Shown here piece after piece: positions 1 through 17,113 of a DNA stretch of 64,000 nt. Position numbers and translations under genes: made by a program. This DNA is from Chrysomallon squamiferum (taxonomy: Eukaryota > Animalia > Mollusca): positions 23,002,001 to 23,066,000 of the forward strand of contig CM022670.1 in assembly GCA_012295275.1 (NCBI GenBank), read 5' to 3'. The notes beneath the pieces are model-generated. The model was not told where the DNA came from and made no database searches. It saw nothing but the letters and a program-made list of their open reading frames with translations. Each line of letters begins with the position of its first letter. Within the stretch, counting starts at the first letter, position 1.

Positions 1-3000
1 GGATTATGTTAAAATCCGGCTATGTCAAACATCATTTAAATCAATAATTAAATTTGGGATTTAGCATTCGAAAAACGAAAACAATAACTATTAAATATAA
101 ACGTCAAATTGAAATAAACAGAACACACTCACACCTTCCCAAACAGATAAATAAAACACACAAAACAAACACATTAACGTTTAGCAAAATAAAACAAACA
201 GCGTATTAACGTTTAAAAAAAAAAAAAAAAAAAAAAAATAAAATAAAATAAAAAAATAAATAAATAAAAATCCCAACAAAACAACAAGAAACTACTATCT
301 AAAATTATCATGATTCATTACTCCAAAACAAATATTCAACCATCTTACGTGGCAAGAAAAAAACCCAAAAACAAACAAATAAAATAAAATAAAATAAAAT
401 AAAATAAAATAAAATAAAATAAAATAAAATAAAAATGTAAAATAAATTAAATAACAATAAAAAAATTCATGAATTTATGTAAATGTAAAATATATATGTC
501 TACAACATCTGGAGCATGGGTTGCCAAACGTTTTTTTTATCCATACCACCCGTTTCATGAGGTTATAAAAATCTGGAAGCTCCCAGCGAAACTTTTTATA
601 TTAAATATTGTAAAAATTTAAATGTTTTATCAAATAACAATGACTGCGGTTACTATATCAACTGTATTTAAGAAAGAAAACACGTTTACGATTAATCAAA
701 CAACATGACATTTTTTTTTTTACAGGGCTAATAATGTTGTAAGTTTTAGTCTTAAACATCTTTTTTCTTCCAAGTTCATCATATTTCGCAACCTAATTAG
801 AACTACGTCAGCTGTCAGCACGGCCTTAATCCAGTTTCAACCATAAGCGAAATGGAGAATGCTAAAATAAAAGGTAGAATACTTGCAAAAAATTTTGCCC
901 TATCTAATTTTAATTATTTAATTCCATTAAAATAATTCATTAGTCCTAAGAGCGATTTTTCGCAACTGTTCAGTGAGAAGAAAAAAAAAAGAAGAAAAAT
1001 ATGTTCAAGAGGAGGCGGGTGGAGCGAATGCGACTGTCTCCACGGTTTGCGCAACAGATTTTTCGCAATCACTGTTTAGAATTTGACGTTATAACCATGA
1101 GGTGATTTCCCTCGACCAGAATGTTTTCCAGAAAGAGGCGCTGTTATTCATGTACAAAAACATAAAATACCATACAACAGAACACTCAAAATATTTGCGA
1201 AATTTTATGCGAATATCACGTCTGGTGTGCAACGGCCATTAATAGTTCGTCAGACATTTCTTCTTACGTTTTTTTTTTTTTTTTTTTTGTCTTCACAATA
1301 TACAAATGGTAAAGTTTTAAGATTTCTAAAAAAAAAAAAAAAAAAAAAAAAATAATTAAAAAAAAAAAGAACGAAAAAGTCCTAATAACCAGTTTATCTC
1401 TCAACTACCCTATAAAGACCCTTTAATTACTATATGTTTTAGATTTTTAATAATCATAATACAGCAGCTTTAAATAATTAAACCCTCTAATATTTAACAA
1501 AACTTTTACCCCTAGACTTTTATTGTCATGTGGGTGGTTTTTGCGGTTTTGTTTGTGTTTTTGTTGGCTCTTTTTATATAAATTTTCAGTCTGGCGTCTT
1601 ACAACCAACAGCTCTCTATCCGTTATATTCTTACAGAGAGGAAAATGTATCAACTAGGCTGGAGACACTGGGTGGAACGGTAAAATAATCAAAATGGCAC
1701 GCTCTGTCGTACTGATTTTTTTTCGTAACGCATCAGGCCACTTCTCTTAGCAAACTGAAATACTATTTCTCGCCTCACTGCACAGACTACATGATTTACA
1801 TAATTATATATTCGATATTTAAATGACATTTCAGATATCTTCTTCTACGTGGATAACATCTTGAACTAAAATATGCGACGAAGACATTTTGGACACTGCT
1901 CCGAGCTAATGACCCAGTGACTCTACGTACAGACACGCAATAAAACTAGTTTAAACTGTTTCTTGTGAAAATAAATCATAACTACGAACTTTTTCACGTA
2001 GAAATTAAGTCTCTGTCATTTTAACTGATAACACGACGCGTTTTGGGAAAAGTACTGTTCGTTTATGGTGTACCCAGAATGTTAAACGATTGATTTCGTC
2101 TTTGGAAATAACGAAATAATTAACTAAAACAAACGAACGTGTTGGCACTTCGAAAAGTGCAATGGAATTTATTTAAATCCATAACAGATTTTAGTATCTT
2201 TAAAAACACGATTGGTAGCGCAATAAACAGACAATAAAATGAAAATAGACCATTGAAAGATCTCCATGATTCTTTCTCGCTGATAAGATCGAAGCTCACA
2301 GGAATAGTTCAGCTCTGTGTTTTATTTATGGGTTATTAATCAGCGTTTATGTGTTTCGGCCTATCCTGTTAAGAAATTCTCCTGGGCAGTGAATTATCAG
2401 AAGAAATATCTTCAGTCAAATTATTATTTATTTTTCACTATTACAGCTTTGTTAAAAATGAAATAATAATAATAAAAAAATGGTTAGAACTGAATAAAGT
2501 CATGATAATTATCCGTATCATCACAACTCCTGCTTATTTAAAAAGTGTTATTTTAAATGTCCAGCTTTCGTGTTCAGAAGATATATAGCATTCACTGTCT
2601 GGCAAATAGCTTTGTATGTTCGAGTAAGCGGTATGTAAAGGGTTCGATTATCAGAACTTCTAATGTGGCCTTTTTTTCCTTTGTTACGAGACATCTACGT
2701 GAATCTAAAGCTGTAGTACAAACTTCCATCTCATCAGAAAATACACACGAAACAACGTAAAAGGCAGGTAGCTTCTTAAAATGTTCATTATGATGACCAA
2801 ATCTTACGAACAACGGTTAATATTAAACAGATCAGTCTTGCAGCTTTATTTATTCTTTCTTGTTTTAATGCAAAATGTAAACAACAATCAATGAGAAATT
2901 ATTAATGATAATGTAATATTAACAATGATGACAATAACAATGACAATGAAGACGATAATAACGATAATGACGAAAATGGTAAAGAAGAATTAGAAAATAA

Positions 3001-3201
3001 AGAAAAAGAAGATGAAGATAATAACTGTTAAAAACAAAAATTAATTCAATTTTTCGTTTTTGTCTACTAAAATATCCTGTTTGTGTAGTGAAAGATTAAC
3101 AGATAATACAACACTGTCAGATTAATTCCGACTGAACGGATGGCCCTCGGCAACTTTTTTATTTTATTTTTATGTTATTATTCTCGAAGAATATAACATG
3201 A

Positions 3202-3325
3202 TATAAAGGAACAGAGACTTAAACAAAAATTCAGAAACAAAAAGGAGAACCAAACTGGTTTTCCTCTTCTTCTGCCAGAAACCAAGAAAAAACAACAACA
3301 ATACAAAATCCTTTATCTTAACAAG
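3202..3325 (+). promoter_or_regulatory. Candidate TATA promoter and non-coding first exon of the lectin gene
   Basis: TATAAA at 3202-3207, TCAGA (Inr-like) about 30 nt downstream at 3231, and donor AAG|GTAGGT at 3326. The ATG at 4465 directly follows an acceptor AG, which implies an upstream exon. Confidence 0.45.
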
Positions 3326-4464
3326 GTAGGTTTGAGGAATATCTTCTAAGGAGGTAATTTTACGTTGTTGGCGGTGGGTTTTTTAAATTTATTTTATTTT
3401 ATTTTATATTTTTTGTTTCTGATAAAATAATAGGAAAGAATGAAAAAAGGAAATTTATTTAACGACCACACATTAAAACTAATTATTCTAAATTTTGGGG
3501 GGCTAAAATAATACTAAAATAAATAAATAACTAAAGAACTTATTTATTTATAGAGCTTTTATTGTTAACAGTTATTATGTTGTTGTCTTTTTTTTTCCTG
3601 ATAACTAAGTCAAAGGAGGGTATAAATGCATTTTTATTTATTTCAAAACACTGTAATATGAACATTCTCTTCAGTGAGCAAAAACTGATTTTGTTTTTAT
3701 AAGTATCTTCAAACAGCATGTAGCAAGCTTTACCCTCTGAAAAACAAATGACTCGAAAGATAAACATTCGAAAATATAAACATCCATTAATGAAGAATGA
3801 TCTCAGGACACAAATATATTTCTTATTAATAACATTTTTTTTTTTTACATATATAAATTAAAACATCCATAAAAGAATGATCTTGTTTTCATTAATCGTT
3901 TGTTTTAGTTATGTGTATAAATTATAAACATCCCTTAATTAAGAATCTCATGACACAAATTTATTTTTTAAAAATAAATAAAGTTAATAAATAAAAATAA
4001 AACTTGTTTCATCGATCGTTTGTTTCGGTAACATAATGGAGTTAGTTATAATCTATGTTTTCTTTTAAAAATAAAGCATTACTTTGAGATTACTTTGATA
4101 TATATATAGTAGATTGACACAGACAGACAGCGATGGAATGAATATACATAAGCCGACACATTTTCTGAAAATGGTGTATTCTCCCTTATAGTGGAAATAA
4201 ATTTTAAGAAGAAGATTTTGATGAAAAAAAAAAAATTAATAATAAAAATAAAAATAAATTAGTTAAATAAATAAATAAATAAATAAATAATTAAATAAAT
4301 AAATAAATAAATAATTAAATAAATAATGAATAAACAAAACCACAAAACAGTAGGAAGGGGAGCACCTACTTACACAGTCTTGATATCTGAATGCAGTAAT
4401 TTAAACATATTAGTATTTACAGTAATAATGTTAACTATTGGGAGTTATTCATATTTTCTTTCAG

Positions 4465-7626
<3,162 letters not shown>

Positions 7627-7936
7627 ATGACACAAAACTATCTGTACACAAAATATTAAAAATTTAACAATAAAACAAATTCTGGTGAGCAGAGTATATC
7701 AGCTGTCTTTGTAATGATGTTTGTGTGCTTGCCGTTTTCTTATCAAAATGTTAGAGAAAAAATATGGTCTCTTGGATGACACATTTCGTCCTATTTTGAG
7801 ACCAATATCATGATAACGTCTCAATACTTCCTTTTCTTTTTCTTTAAAAAAAAAAAAAAATCTTGAATATTAAATTGCATTTGTTCAAATAATAGCTATG
7901 TTAATCCAGATTTATTTCCAACTTTTTTAATAAACG

Positions 7937-7968
<32 letters not shown>

Positions 7969-8765
7969 TATTCGACGCATTAATATTGATATTAAACATG
8001 CACTGAAATAAATGCATTTGTTTAATCTGTTCCTAGTTTCTTTAGTCACCTGTCCATGAGTTCATGTAGAAACAATTTCGTTACTGTGGTTTTTATTTAA
8101 GACTGTAAATGTATAAATGGTTTTTATTCTGTTATGTTACATATACTGCGGATTATCATGTATTTAACAAATATAAATATACGCATTTACATACATGGAC
8201 ATGAACACACGGGACAAGGTGATCACAGCTCACAACATTTCAGAGGGATAACACTCGTTCCAGAAACACACTGAATGTCGAAATTGTCAGATGCAAATTT
8301 TATGATAATGAAACCTAAAGATGCAGTCAAGGAAAATGAAAGGAAAACAACTGAATGAGATGAATTGTCATAATATTTCATTTATTCGAATGATAACATA
8401 AATTTAATTTAAACTGCGTTAACAAACAAAAAAAACAACAAATAAACAAACATACATACATATATACACACATACATATACATACATATATACGTACGAC
8501 ACATACCTACTTACGACATACATATTATATACAAGTATATGTTTATATAGATACATGTGATATGTGTGTAATATATTTGTATGTAATGACCAGTGTAAAA
8601 TCCGTATCTCTTAAACAAAAGGAAAAAGGAAAGAGACAATGGAAGATGAACGAATAGCTGATAGGGATAAGAAATTACCTTGTCGAAGAACGAGTAACAG
8701 TTGATGCATCAAGTATATATTTCAGCACGATTTGTCAGCCAGTGGTGTCTCTGTATATATATATC

Positions 8766-8821
<56 letters not shown>

Positions 8822-9198
8822 TATATGTTGTTTTATACAATACTGGTTATTTTTAGTAACATTAAACACAAGTATTGATTCCTTACGTCCTGTAGAACAA
8901 TAAACTGAAGTGTTCAGAAATTAAACATTTAAGATGCTGAAATAGGAGACATATTTAAAGTCTGACATACTATTATATAAAACATCCAACAACTGGGTTA
9001 GCTGATGGTAGTGACAAATACCAAGCATGTCATGAAATATATTATAATGTAGTGAAGGAAACTAAATATAACAGACTGATTTAATTACGACGATTTAGTT
9101 TTACGTTTAATGTATCATATATTTATATTTCTTTTCAACATACAGTTTTATTGTAATTAATTTAATAATAATATATAAACACACATATTTATGTACGT

Positions 9199-9232
<34 letters not shown>

Positions 9233-9599
9233 ACTTATTATTATTACTTTCTTCTGTTTCAGCCACTTACCCACAAATACTTTCACATAAACGAACATAT
9301 GTAGATAACAAAAACACAGAAAGTAAATAACCTTTTTGTGAGTTGGTTTGATTAATGTCTGATGTTCGTAACTAACCTGTTTCCTCTTAAAGCATTACAG
9401 ACAATACCATCCTTCAATGCAGACGTCATACGGTAACAACAGGTCAATTTAGGCACCTGGCCGGACCAGTTATTTTTTATTACTTAACTAACTATTCAAC
9501 AGAAATAGCAGCAGTAGTAGAAATAATTGTTTTTGTTTAATTCTGACAAGGGGGGGAAAAAAAAATAAATAATAATAATAAAAAAATTACAGGCTTCTA

Positions 9600-9965
9600 A
9601 TAATATTCGGGTTCAGACACTGCATCTGGTTTAACGTAAGGGAAATAACTCATTGAAAAAGAAAGATAATCAGAAATTGTTTTTCTCCATCAAAATAATT
9701 TCGCGCGTCATTTATCCAGCTTGAAAATAGTTAATGTAAGTAAACACTGATTATGTTTAACAAATCTTTATTTCAGATGTTTTTTGTGACAGATTCAGTT
9801 TTATGGATATGCTAACGAAGAGAAAGACAGAGGGGAATTAGTGTTTGTATCCAGTGCTAAAACCGGTTTCGGATGACAAGTTCCGCGTGGACGTGTAAAC
9901 ACTGATAATCATCATCATCATCATCATATTCGCCATTAAGGTTGAATAACTAGGACAGGGTAATT
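9600..9965 (+). promoter_or_regulatory. Candidate promoter / 5'UTR exon region of the TTLL15-like gene
   Basis: CpG is retained just upstream of the CpG-poor gene body. E2F-like TTTCGCGC at 9699-9706; donor-like GTAAGG at 9636, acceptor tttcag ending 9776, and donor-like GTAATT at 9960. Confidence 0.3.
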
Positions 9966-11126
9966 GTCTTTGAAATAGGACACCAATTTTTAAAAGTTAA
10001 CCGATTTACTGTTAAATCAAAACCTTTTTACGAAATTAATATTTTATTTTTTAAATACTTTAAAAAAAAAAAAAAAAAAAAAAATTACTGTCAGTGAAGG
10101 TAATTTATTATTATTATTATTATTTAATTTTATTATTATTATTATTATTATTATTATCTTCAAATTAAACAGTTTTAATTAATAAAAGATGGTTAACTTA
10201 CTCGTTTTAAGAATAAAATGATTTAGCAAGAGTAACTTTTACTACAGGTATGATACAAGAAAAAGAGAAAAATGATAAAAAGAGAATATTACAAAATATC
10301 TGTAAGTATAATTATTTAAATATTTATGTATATCAGTACTTGAACATAACATAAATATATTGGTAACATTTTGCTCAGTGTAACGTTTAGGTGTGACAGT
10401 ACTGAAGACGTTTGTTATGTGTATAAGTATATAGCAGCAAGAAAGCAGTGAAGATTTAATAATTTTGTACATTAATATTAGCTGTGTGAGACAACAAAGT
10501 TTGCTGTTATTTTGAAAAATGGAAAAAGGCACAGGCTTAATTTTTTCACAACACAACTGTATGAATGTGTTAAAATTATAATAGTTTACATATTTTATAT
10601 CACTGTACTTTTCATTTTGTAATTTAAACACATGTTGCCAAAACACAGACACACACAAGCATACACAGACACAAAGACGCAGACAGGGACACCCAGCCAC
10701 ATACACTGATAAACTTCATAAAGAGACAATGACATTGGGAATTTGTCGTAGCAGATGTAGTTTTATCATAATTTTCTCTTTTGAATTTTGAATATTTAAT
10801 AGCTACTTTTATCTATCCCTCCCTTGCTGGTTTATTGGATTATTTTATATTCTGTTTCAAAACATCTGAGCTTTATTCATGTTTGATGTTTTTAGAAATG
10901 TTTATAAATTACTGCAGAATGAATATAAATGGATTTTCTTGGTTTGTTTTATTTATTTTATTACATTTTTTTAAAAATAAAGTGTAGATATTTATTGCTG
11001 TTACTTCTTTTTTTATTGTTGTTGTTGTTGTTGTTTTCTTTCTGTTCTGAACTGTTTTGTTTTGTTATATATTTGAGGTTTTCAGTAATAATGTCATTGC
11101 TTTATTTCAACCAGGATGAAGAGAGA

Positions 11127-11351
11127 ATGACAGAATCAAAGTTCAGACTCAAGTCTCCCACCAACCTCATTTACGTTGTGGCAGTGATTCTTTTCCTCGG
11201 AATTTTGTTGACGTTACTCAATATTTATGAGCTTAACAAAATGAAGGAAGATCACTCTGTTTTACACAATAGTTTATCTCTGCCATTTGTAGAGGGGAAG
11301 GAAGGCAAAACAGTGTCTCATCAACCTGTGGTGTGGATTTTAGGGAAAAAT
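11127..11351 (+). CDS. TTLL15: TTLL15-like exon 1 (start, TM anchor)
   Basis: Acceptor at 11113-11114; MTESKFRLKSPTNLIYVVAVILFLGILLTLLNIYEL...VVWILGKN|gtacgt. Confidence 0.8.
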
Positions 11352-11769
11352 GTACGTGTTAAACAACAGTAATAGAAAGATGTCGTACAGGTCATATACT
11401 AGTTTTTCATCAGATAATGAATGTACATGATACTGAAACAGAATTTTTTCCCCTGTTGTTATTATTTAGAGAATTAATATTCATTTTATTTATTTTCAGT
11501 GTTCTTTTTAAAATTATTATTATGATTGGTTTATTTTATTTATTAAATAGATGGTGGTGGATTTAGTTTTTTTTTGTTGTAAATAAATGTTTGTTTTTTG
11601 CCAGTTAGAGACAGGGTACTTGAAGCATGTGTTTGCTGTGTTTGAGAGATTCAACTATGCATTTGGTGACAAGGATTCTGATTGGGATGTGTTGTGGTCA
11701 CATGACTATCCTTTTACATCACTTTCTAAACAACTGACAATACTGAAACCACACCAGAGGGTGAGTTTT

Positions 11770-11816
<47 letters not shown>

Positions 11817-14800
11817 TATCATAATAATGTAATAGTAATAGTAGTTGTAGCTGCAGTTACAGAAAACAAGTAATAGTAGTAGTAGCAACATTTGAAATAA
11901 TATCATTACATACATTGTTTTTTCTTGATTTATCTTTTATTTTATTTTATTTGCAGGTCAATCATTTCCCAGGTTCAGGTTACATCACAAACAAAGTCAG
12001 TCTAGCCACCACAGCGATGAAATTCATTCCAAAAGCATTCCAGTTACCAGCACAACAAAAACAGTTTCTAGAATATGTGAGTGGAAGAATGTTTATGTTT
12101 TATTTCAAATATTGAAATTAGGTTGTTAGATTCCAACCACTACATATAACGTTAGAAAATCTACATGAGTATTAAATTTTTTTAGATTCTGACTTACACT
12201 ATTCTTTTATGTAGATCTACAGATGGAAATGATTAATTTATTATAGATTTCAATTTCAGAGCAAGTTAAATCCAGATGTTAAATGGGTTCAGAAGAGTAA
12301 CAACCATCGTGGAGTATCAATTCGTGAAGTTGAAGGTACTCAGTTTGTGACTTGATCTCGTTGGTTAATTAAAAGTATTACTATAGCTTCAGTGAGTGTG
12401 CTTTAAAATTGTTTCTCTTTTAAACACTTGTTCAGCTAAATGTTCAAAGATTCATTTCGATAATCACTTTTTTTGCAGTTTTGTACTTGAAATTGTAAAC
12501 CCAGAATGGAGGTACAGTTTAAAAAAAAAAAAAAAAAGTTTTACTTGATTTTGGTGTTAATTCTGGTTGACGGTTTTTAAAAAATATTTTTTAAAGATTT
12601 TCGGAAATGGGCGATGGCATGTTGCTTCTTTAAAACTGTTGTTTTCATAACCTTTTTTTTGTTTTGATGAAGGATGGTGAAGAGTTATTCACTTTTTTTT
12701 TTATTTTGTTTTATGTTTCATTTTGACTTTGCAGTGTGTGTTCTGATTAAAACAGCTTTCTTACCTTAACCAAAGAATTATTAAAAATTTTTAGATAACA
12801 CTTCATTAAAACGTCATTCAGAATCCTAGAAAAATAATATATATATATATATTATTATAATAATAATAAATATTATTATTGTTTGTATTGTAAGATGATT
12901 TTAGAAATATTATAATAAATATTGATAAAATAATTTTTTTAAATTGTTAATAAATTATTTAATGTTTTAATTAGTTTTTAATTATTATTTACTCTTTTTA
13001 AGTTCAGAATTTTATCTTTCCATTTTTAATTCAAATGTCATTTCTGGAATGATTTTCAGCAGTTCATTTAAATTATTCTGGTTATTGTTGTCATTATTGT
13101 TCTGTTAAATATTACTTCTCTAACTTTTGTTGTTGTGACTGTTCATTCCACTTGTTTTGGTTATGTCTTTATTTTTTTTTTGGTTATTATTTTATTATTT
13201 ATTTATTTGATTTATTTACTATATATTTGGACTATATGTTATCAGTTTTTTCATATCTCTATAGAACTGGATTTGACAAAAGAAGGATCATTTGTACAAG
13301 AATATGTATTGAAGCCATACCTCATAGATGGAAGGTAAAAATGTTAGCCTGTTATAAAATATGTTTATTTTATGTTAACATTGCTAAAAAAATGTTAAAA
13401 TGTTGTAAATATTGCTTTATGTGAGTGAAAATGTTTAAAAATATTGCTTTTTGTGATTTTAAAAATATTGCTTTTTATTAAAATGTTATAAAATATTGCA
13501 TGTATAAATACTTTATTAATAGTTTTTTGTTTTTCATATATATGTATTTATATGAACTGTTTTTAAATGAATTTGTTTTTCAGGAAGTTTGATATTGGCA
13601 TTTATGCAATTTTGACATCTATTAATCCTCTGCGTGTGTATATTGTGGAAGGAGAGGCCTTGTTTAGGTAGTATTTATTATTTATTTAATTCAATGCATT
13701 CAGAAAAGATTTTTGTTTTTGAAAATTTTATTAAGATATATTCACACATACATAAATTTCAGCACACACGTTTTCTATTTTAGAAAAACAGTTGTACTCT
13801 AGTTTTCTGATAAAAAGTTTTAAATAATAAATGGGATAGTACAAGAAAAGAAAGAAACAACAGAAATACAACAAAAACAACAACAACATCAAAGCACATA
13901 GTTTAATTTTGTAGTCAATGTTATCTAAACATTTAGTAATTGTGAAAAGCAATTATACCTTTTGTATATGTCCTGCTAGCACTGGTTGAAACAGGAGATA
14001 ACATTGATTGATTTAGATTATGCTAATATTTAATTTTTTATTCTCAACAAATAACCTTATAATATTAAAATATTAATTTAATTTATGAAATGTTTAATAT
14101 TCTAGATGATAATGCAAAAGGCTAATATTTTCATAAAGGAAAATAAAATAAAATGTTTATATTTTTATATTTATAACACATACTTTTTTTTAGAAAAGAA
14201 AATTTTAAATAAATTGAATTACATTCCTGGTATTACTTTTCATTTTCAGATTTTGTAAGAAGGAATATTACCCATTTGATTCAAGTGTTCATGAAAAATA
14301 CGTCGTTCAGGACAGCTATACACCAATGTGGGAGGTATGTTTTGACTCTTGTGTAACATGAAAGCTAAAATAGCCCTGTGCATCTGTCCTAGAGACTGTA
14401 TTCAACATCTTTTTATCTTTAATAGCGTCATATTTCAAACAGAGCCTCAGATTAATTTCAAATTCCAATTCAGTACACTTTTCTAAGATTTCTGGCATTT
14501 CCTTATATCTATCTTTATCACTGAAAAATTTAATGCTTGGTATAATTGGCCAAAATATACTTAGTTTATCCTCATTTTCTCTGATATGAAAGGAATATAG
14601 CATCAATAAAAATATGAAATTATGCAGATGAAAATATTGTAGCCTTTAAGACTTGAGTTTTTTCTGTATTTCCTAATTATTTGTTTATACAAACAAGGTT
14701 AATTAATTTGTATTATTATTATTTGTTTTAAATACATTTCCTTCTTGATGATGTTAATTAAATTCAGAATAAGAACCAGTTCTTATTTTCATTTCCAGAT

Positions 14801-17082
14801 TCCTTCACTGAAGAAAATCTATGAAGATCTGAACTATTCATTTAAAGATACATTCAACTATCATCTGCAGAAGTCAGGTAAGGTTCAGTTAGATTCTCTA
14901 AACTTCACCTGCTATTATTTGTGTATGCAATAATGTGTGTTGTATTTTTGTTATTTGTAAAAAAGTAAGTTTACAATTAAAATTTAGTCATATATTTTCA
15001 TCAGATATTTTATTTTTTGAACACAAGAAAATGAAGTGCACAGTACAGACAGAATCTGTATAAAGTGAACACTGTTGTATGCATGACAAATAAAAAAACT
15101 TCATAAATTTTCCATAATACTTTTTAAAAAATTTAATTTTTAATTTTTAATTTTTGATTAAATCAGGTAAAGACTATAAAAAGGTTTGGCATGATATAAA
15201 AACAGCCATCCTCACAGTGTATCTGGACAAAGAAGCAAACCTCACTGATTCTGCCTGGAAATATAAATCAACCATGTAAGTATTTTATTATTCCATTCAT
15301 TTCCACTTTATAAAGATATACATTTTTTAATTAAGATCAGTGTATGATGGTTATATGTGTGTATATGGTATGATGTTGTCATTTTCCATATTGGCACACC
15401 CTTGAGACACGTCTGATTGTCATATATATCATGTTGGTGCAGATTACCATCAGTTCAAACTTTTATCCTAGTCTTATCTTTTAACTCACATCACTGATTT
15501 GCAGCTGCTGTCTTATAATAAAATAAGATTTCACTCTGTTATTTATTGAATGAAAGTGCACTGACAAAATTGATTAAAGTAAATCTTAATATCTTAAATC
15601 TTAATGTGAATGAAAATCTGTTTTTGATCTTTTATTTTCTTAAAACAATATTGTTGATTATTGAAGGCCATTGTCCATAGAAAATTTCACACACACACAC
15701 ATACACAAAAAAACAACAACAAAAAAAAAGATCTTTAATCCATAACTTTATGTCCTAAAACTTTAAAGAGTATTGTGAATTTTAAAAATTCTGGAGTTCT
15801 TTAGTTTTCTCCTCTTGGATTCCACTTAGTACTCTAAGTCTTTTGTTTTGTTTCAGTGAGTGATTATAATGGATTTTCACTTCACGGAAATAGATATTCA
15901 GTGAAAATGTCTATAAAATGTTACATGTACAAGCATAACAAATATTTTATTTAATGTTCAGAAATTGATTTTACCAATCCTTTTTATCACATTGCAGGAA
16001 CTTTTTTGAAATGGTGAGATTTGATTTTGTTTTGGATGAAGATCTCAATGTGTATTTAATGGAGGTAAGTATATTGTAAATGATTTTGTTTTGTGGTTTT
16101 AAACTTAATAGAACAATCAAATTCTGTGTCCCATATTATAATCCAGACATGAACTTAGAACAGTCTGTGGTTAGAGCACATGTTAACTTGCAGTATGATG
16201 AGATGAGTCACATAACCTGTTGTATTCTATTTGCCCATTCCAATCAGTGCTCAAAGGCTTCTGTATTGTTATACATTTCTTATTAATTTCCTTTGTGTTA
16301 AAAAACCAGAGATCAGTAGTTTATGAAAGAAAAATGGTTAGTTGTTCCATAGGCTGTTACATTGAATTAACTTTTAAAATAAACATTTTATTTCACTCTT
16401 ATCTTCAAATTTCACATTTCAGAATATTACTTAATCCATATTTCAGAATATTCATTAATCCATATTTCAGAAATGTTCCTTCACTTTTGTCTTTCAGTCA
16501 TTTTTATTTATTTCTTTTTTTGAGTAATCTAACTGTTTGTTGTTTTTGGTTTTGCAGGCTAACATGTCTCCCAATCTGTCATCAGGACACTTCAAAGCGA
16601 ATGCACGACTTTATGAACACGTCCTATACAACACACTAGCACTGACAGGACTTGGAAAATTAGTGTCATATAATTATGCAAGAAGGTAGGCTTTTTAGTT
16701 ACATATATATATATATTTTGTTTTTTAACTTTATTTTTTGCAGTTACTATACGGAATTCAAGTTATTTTCTTCTTATTATTTTTTTACGAAAAATTCATT
16801 TAGGTTATTGTTTTCCTGTTCAACTTTAATTCTAGTGTAGTTAAAAAATTTAACATATATTATTATTTTTGAAAATAAAAGTTTATTTTTCCAGGCCAGA
16901 AGACGAAGGGGAGATGACTGTGTCTGAGAAAGACATTAATGTTTTTCCTGATATCTGTGACAGTGAAAAGTGCCGAAGTCACTGTTCAGACCTGGTAAGC
17001 TGAAAATATGTTTTTGTTTGTAGAGCAGAAAAGTAATCACATATAGTGTGTACATCTATGTTTGTTTGTCTGCCTTCCTATT

Positions 17083-17113
<31 letters not shown>

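Noticed and set aside
815-1242. CpG-rich segment bounded by GGCC-containing motifs, possible DNA transposon
   Set aside because: The ends do not form a convincing inverted repeat and no TSD was found
1655-1930. Short inverted match GAGACACTGGGT / ACCCAGTGACTC
   Set aside because: Only ~12 bp with a mismatch and no TSD; too weak to call a MITE
10242-10706. 154-aa minus-strand ORF
   Set aside because: AT-rich composition with no motifs, lying antisense in the presumed first intron of the TTLL15-like gene
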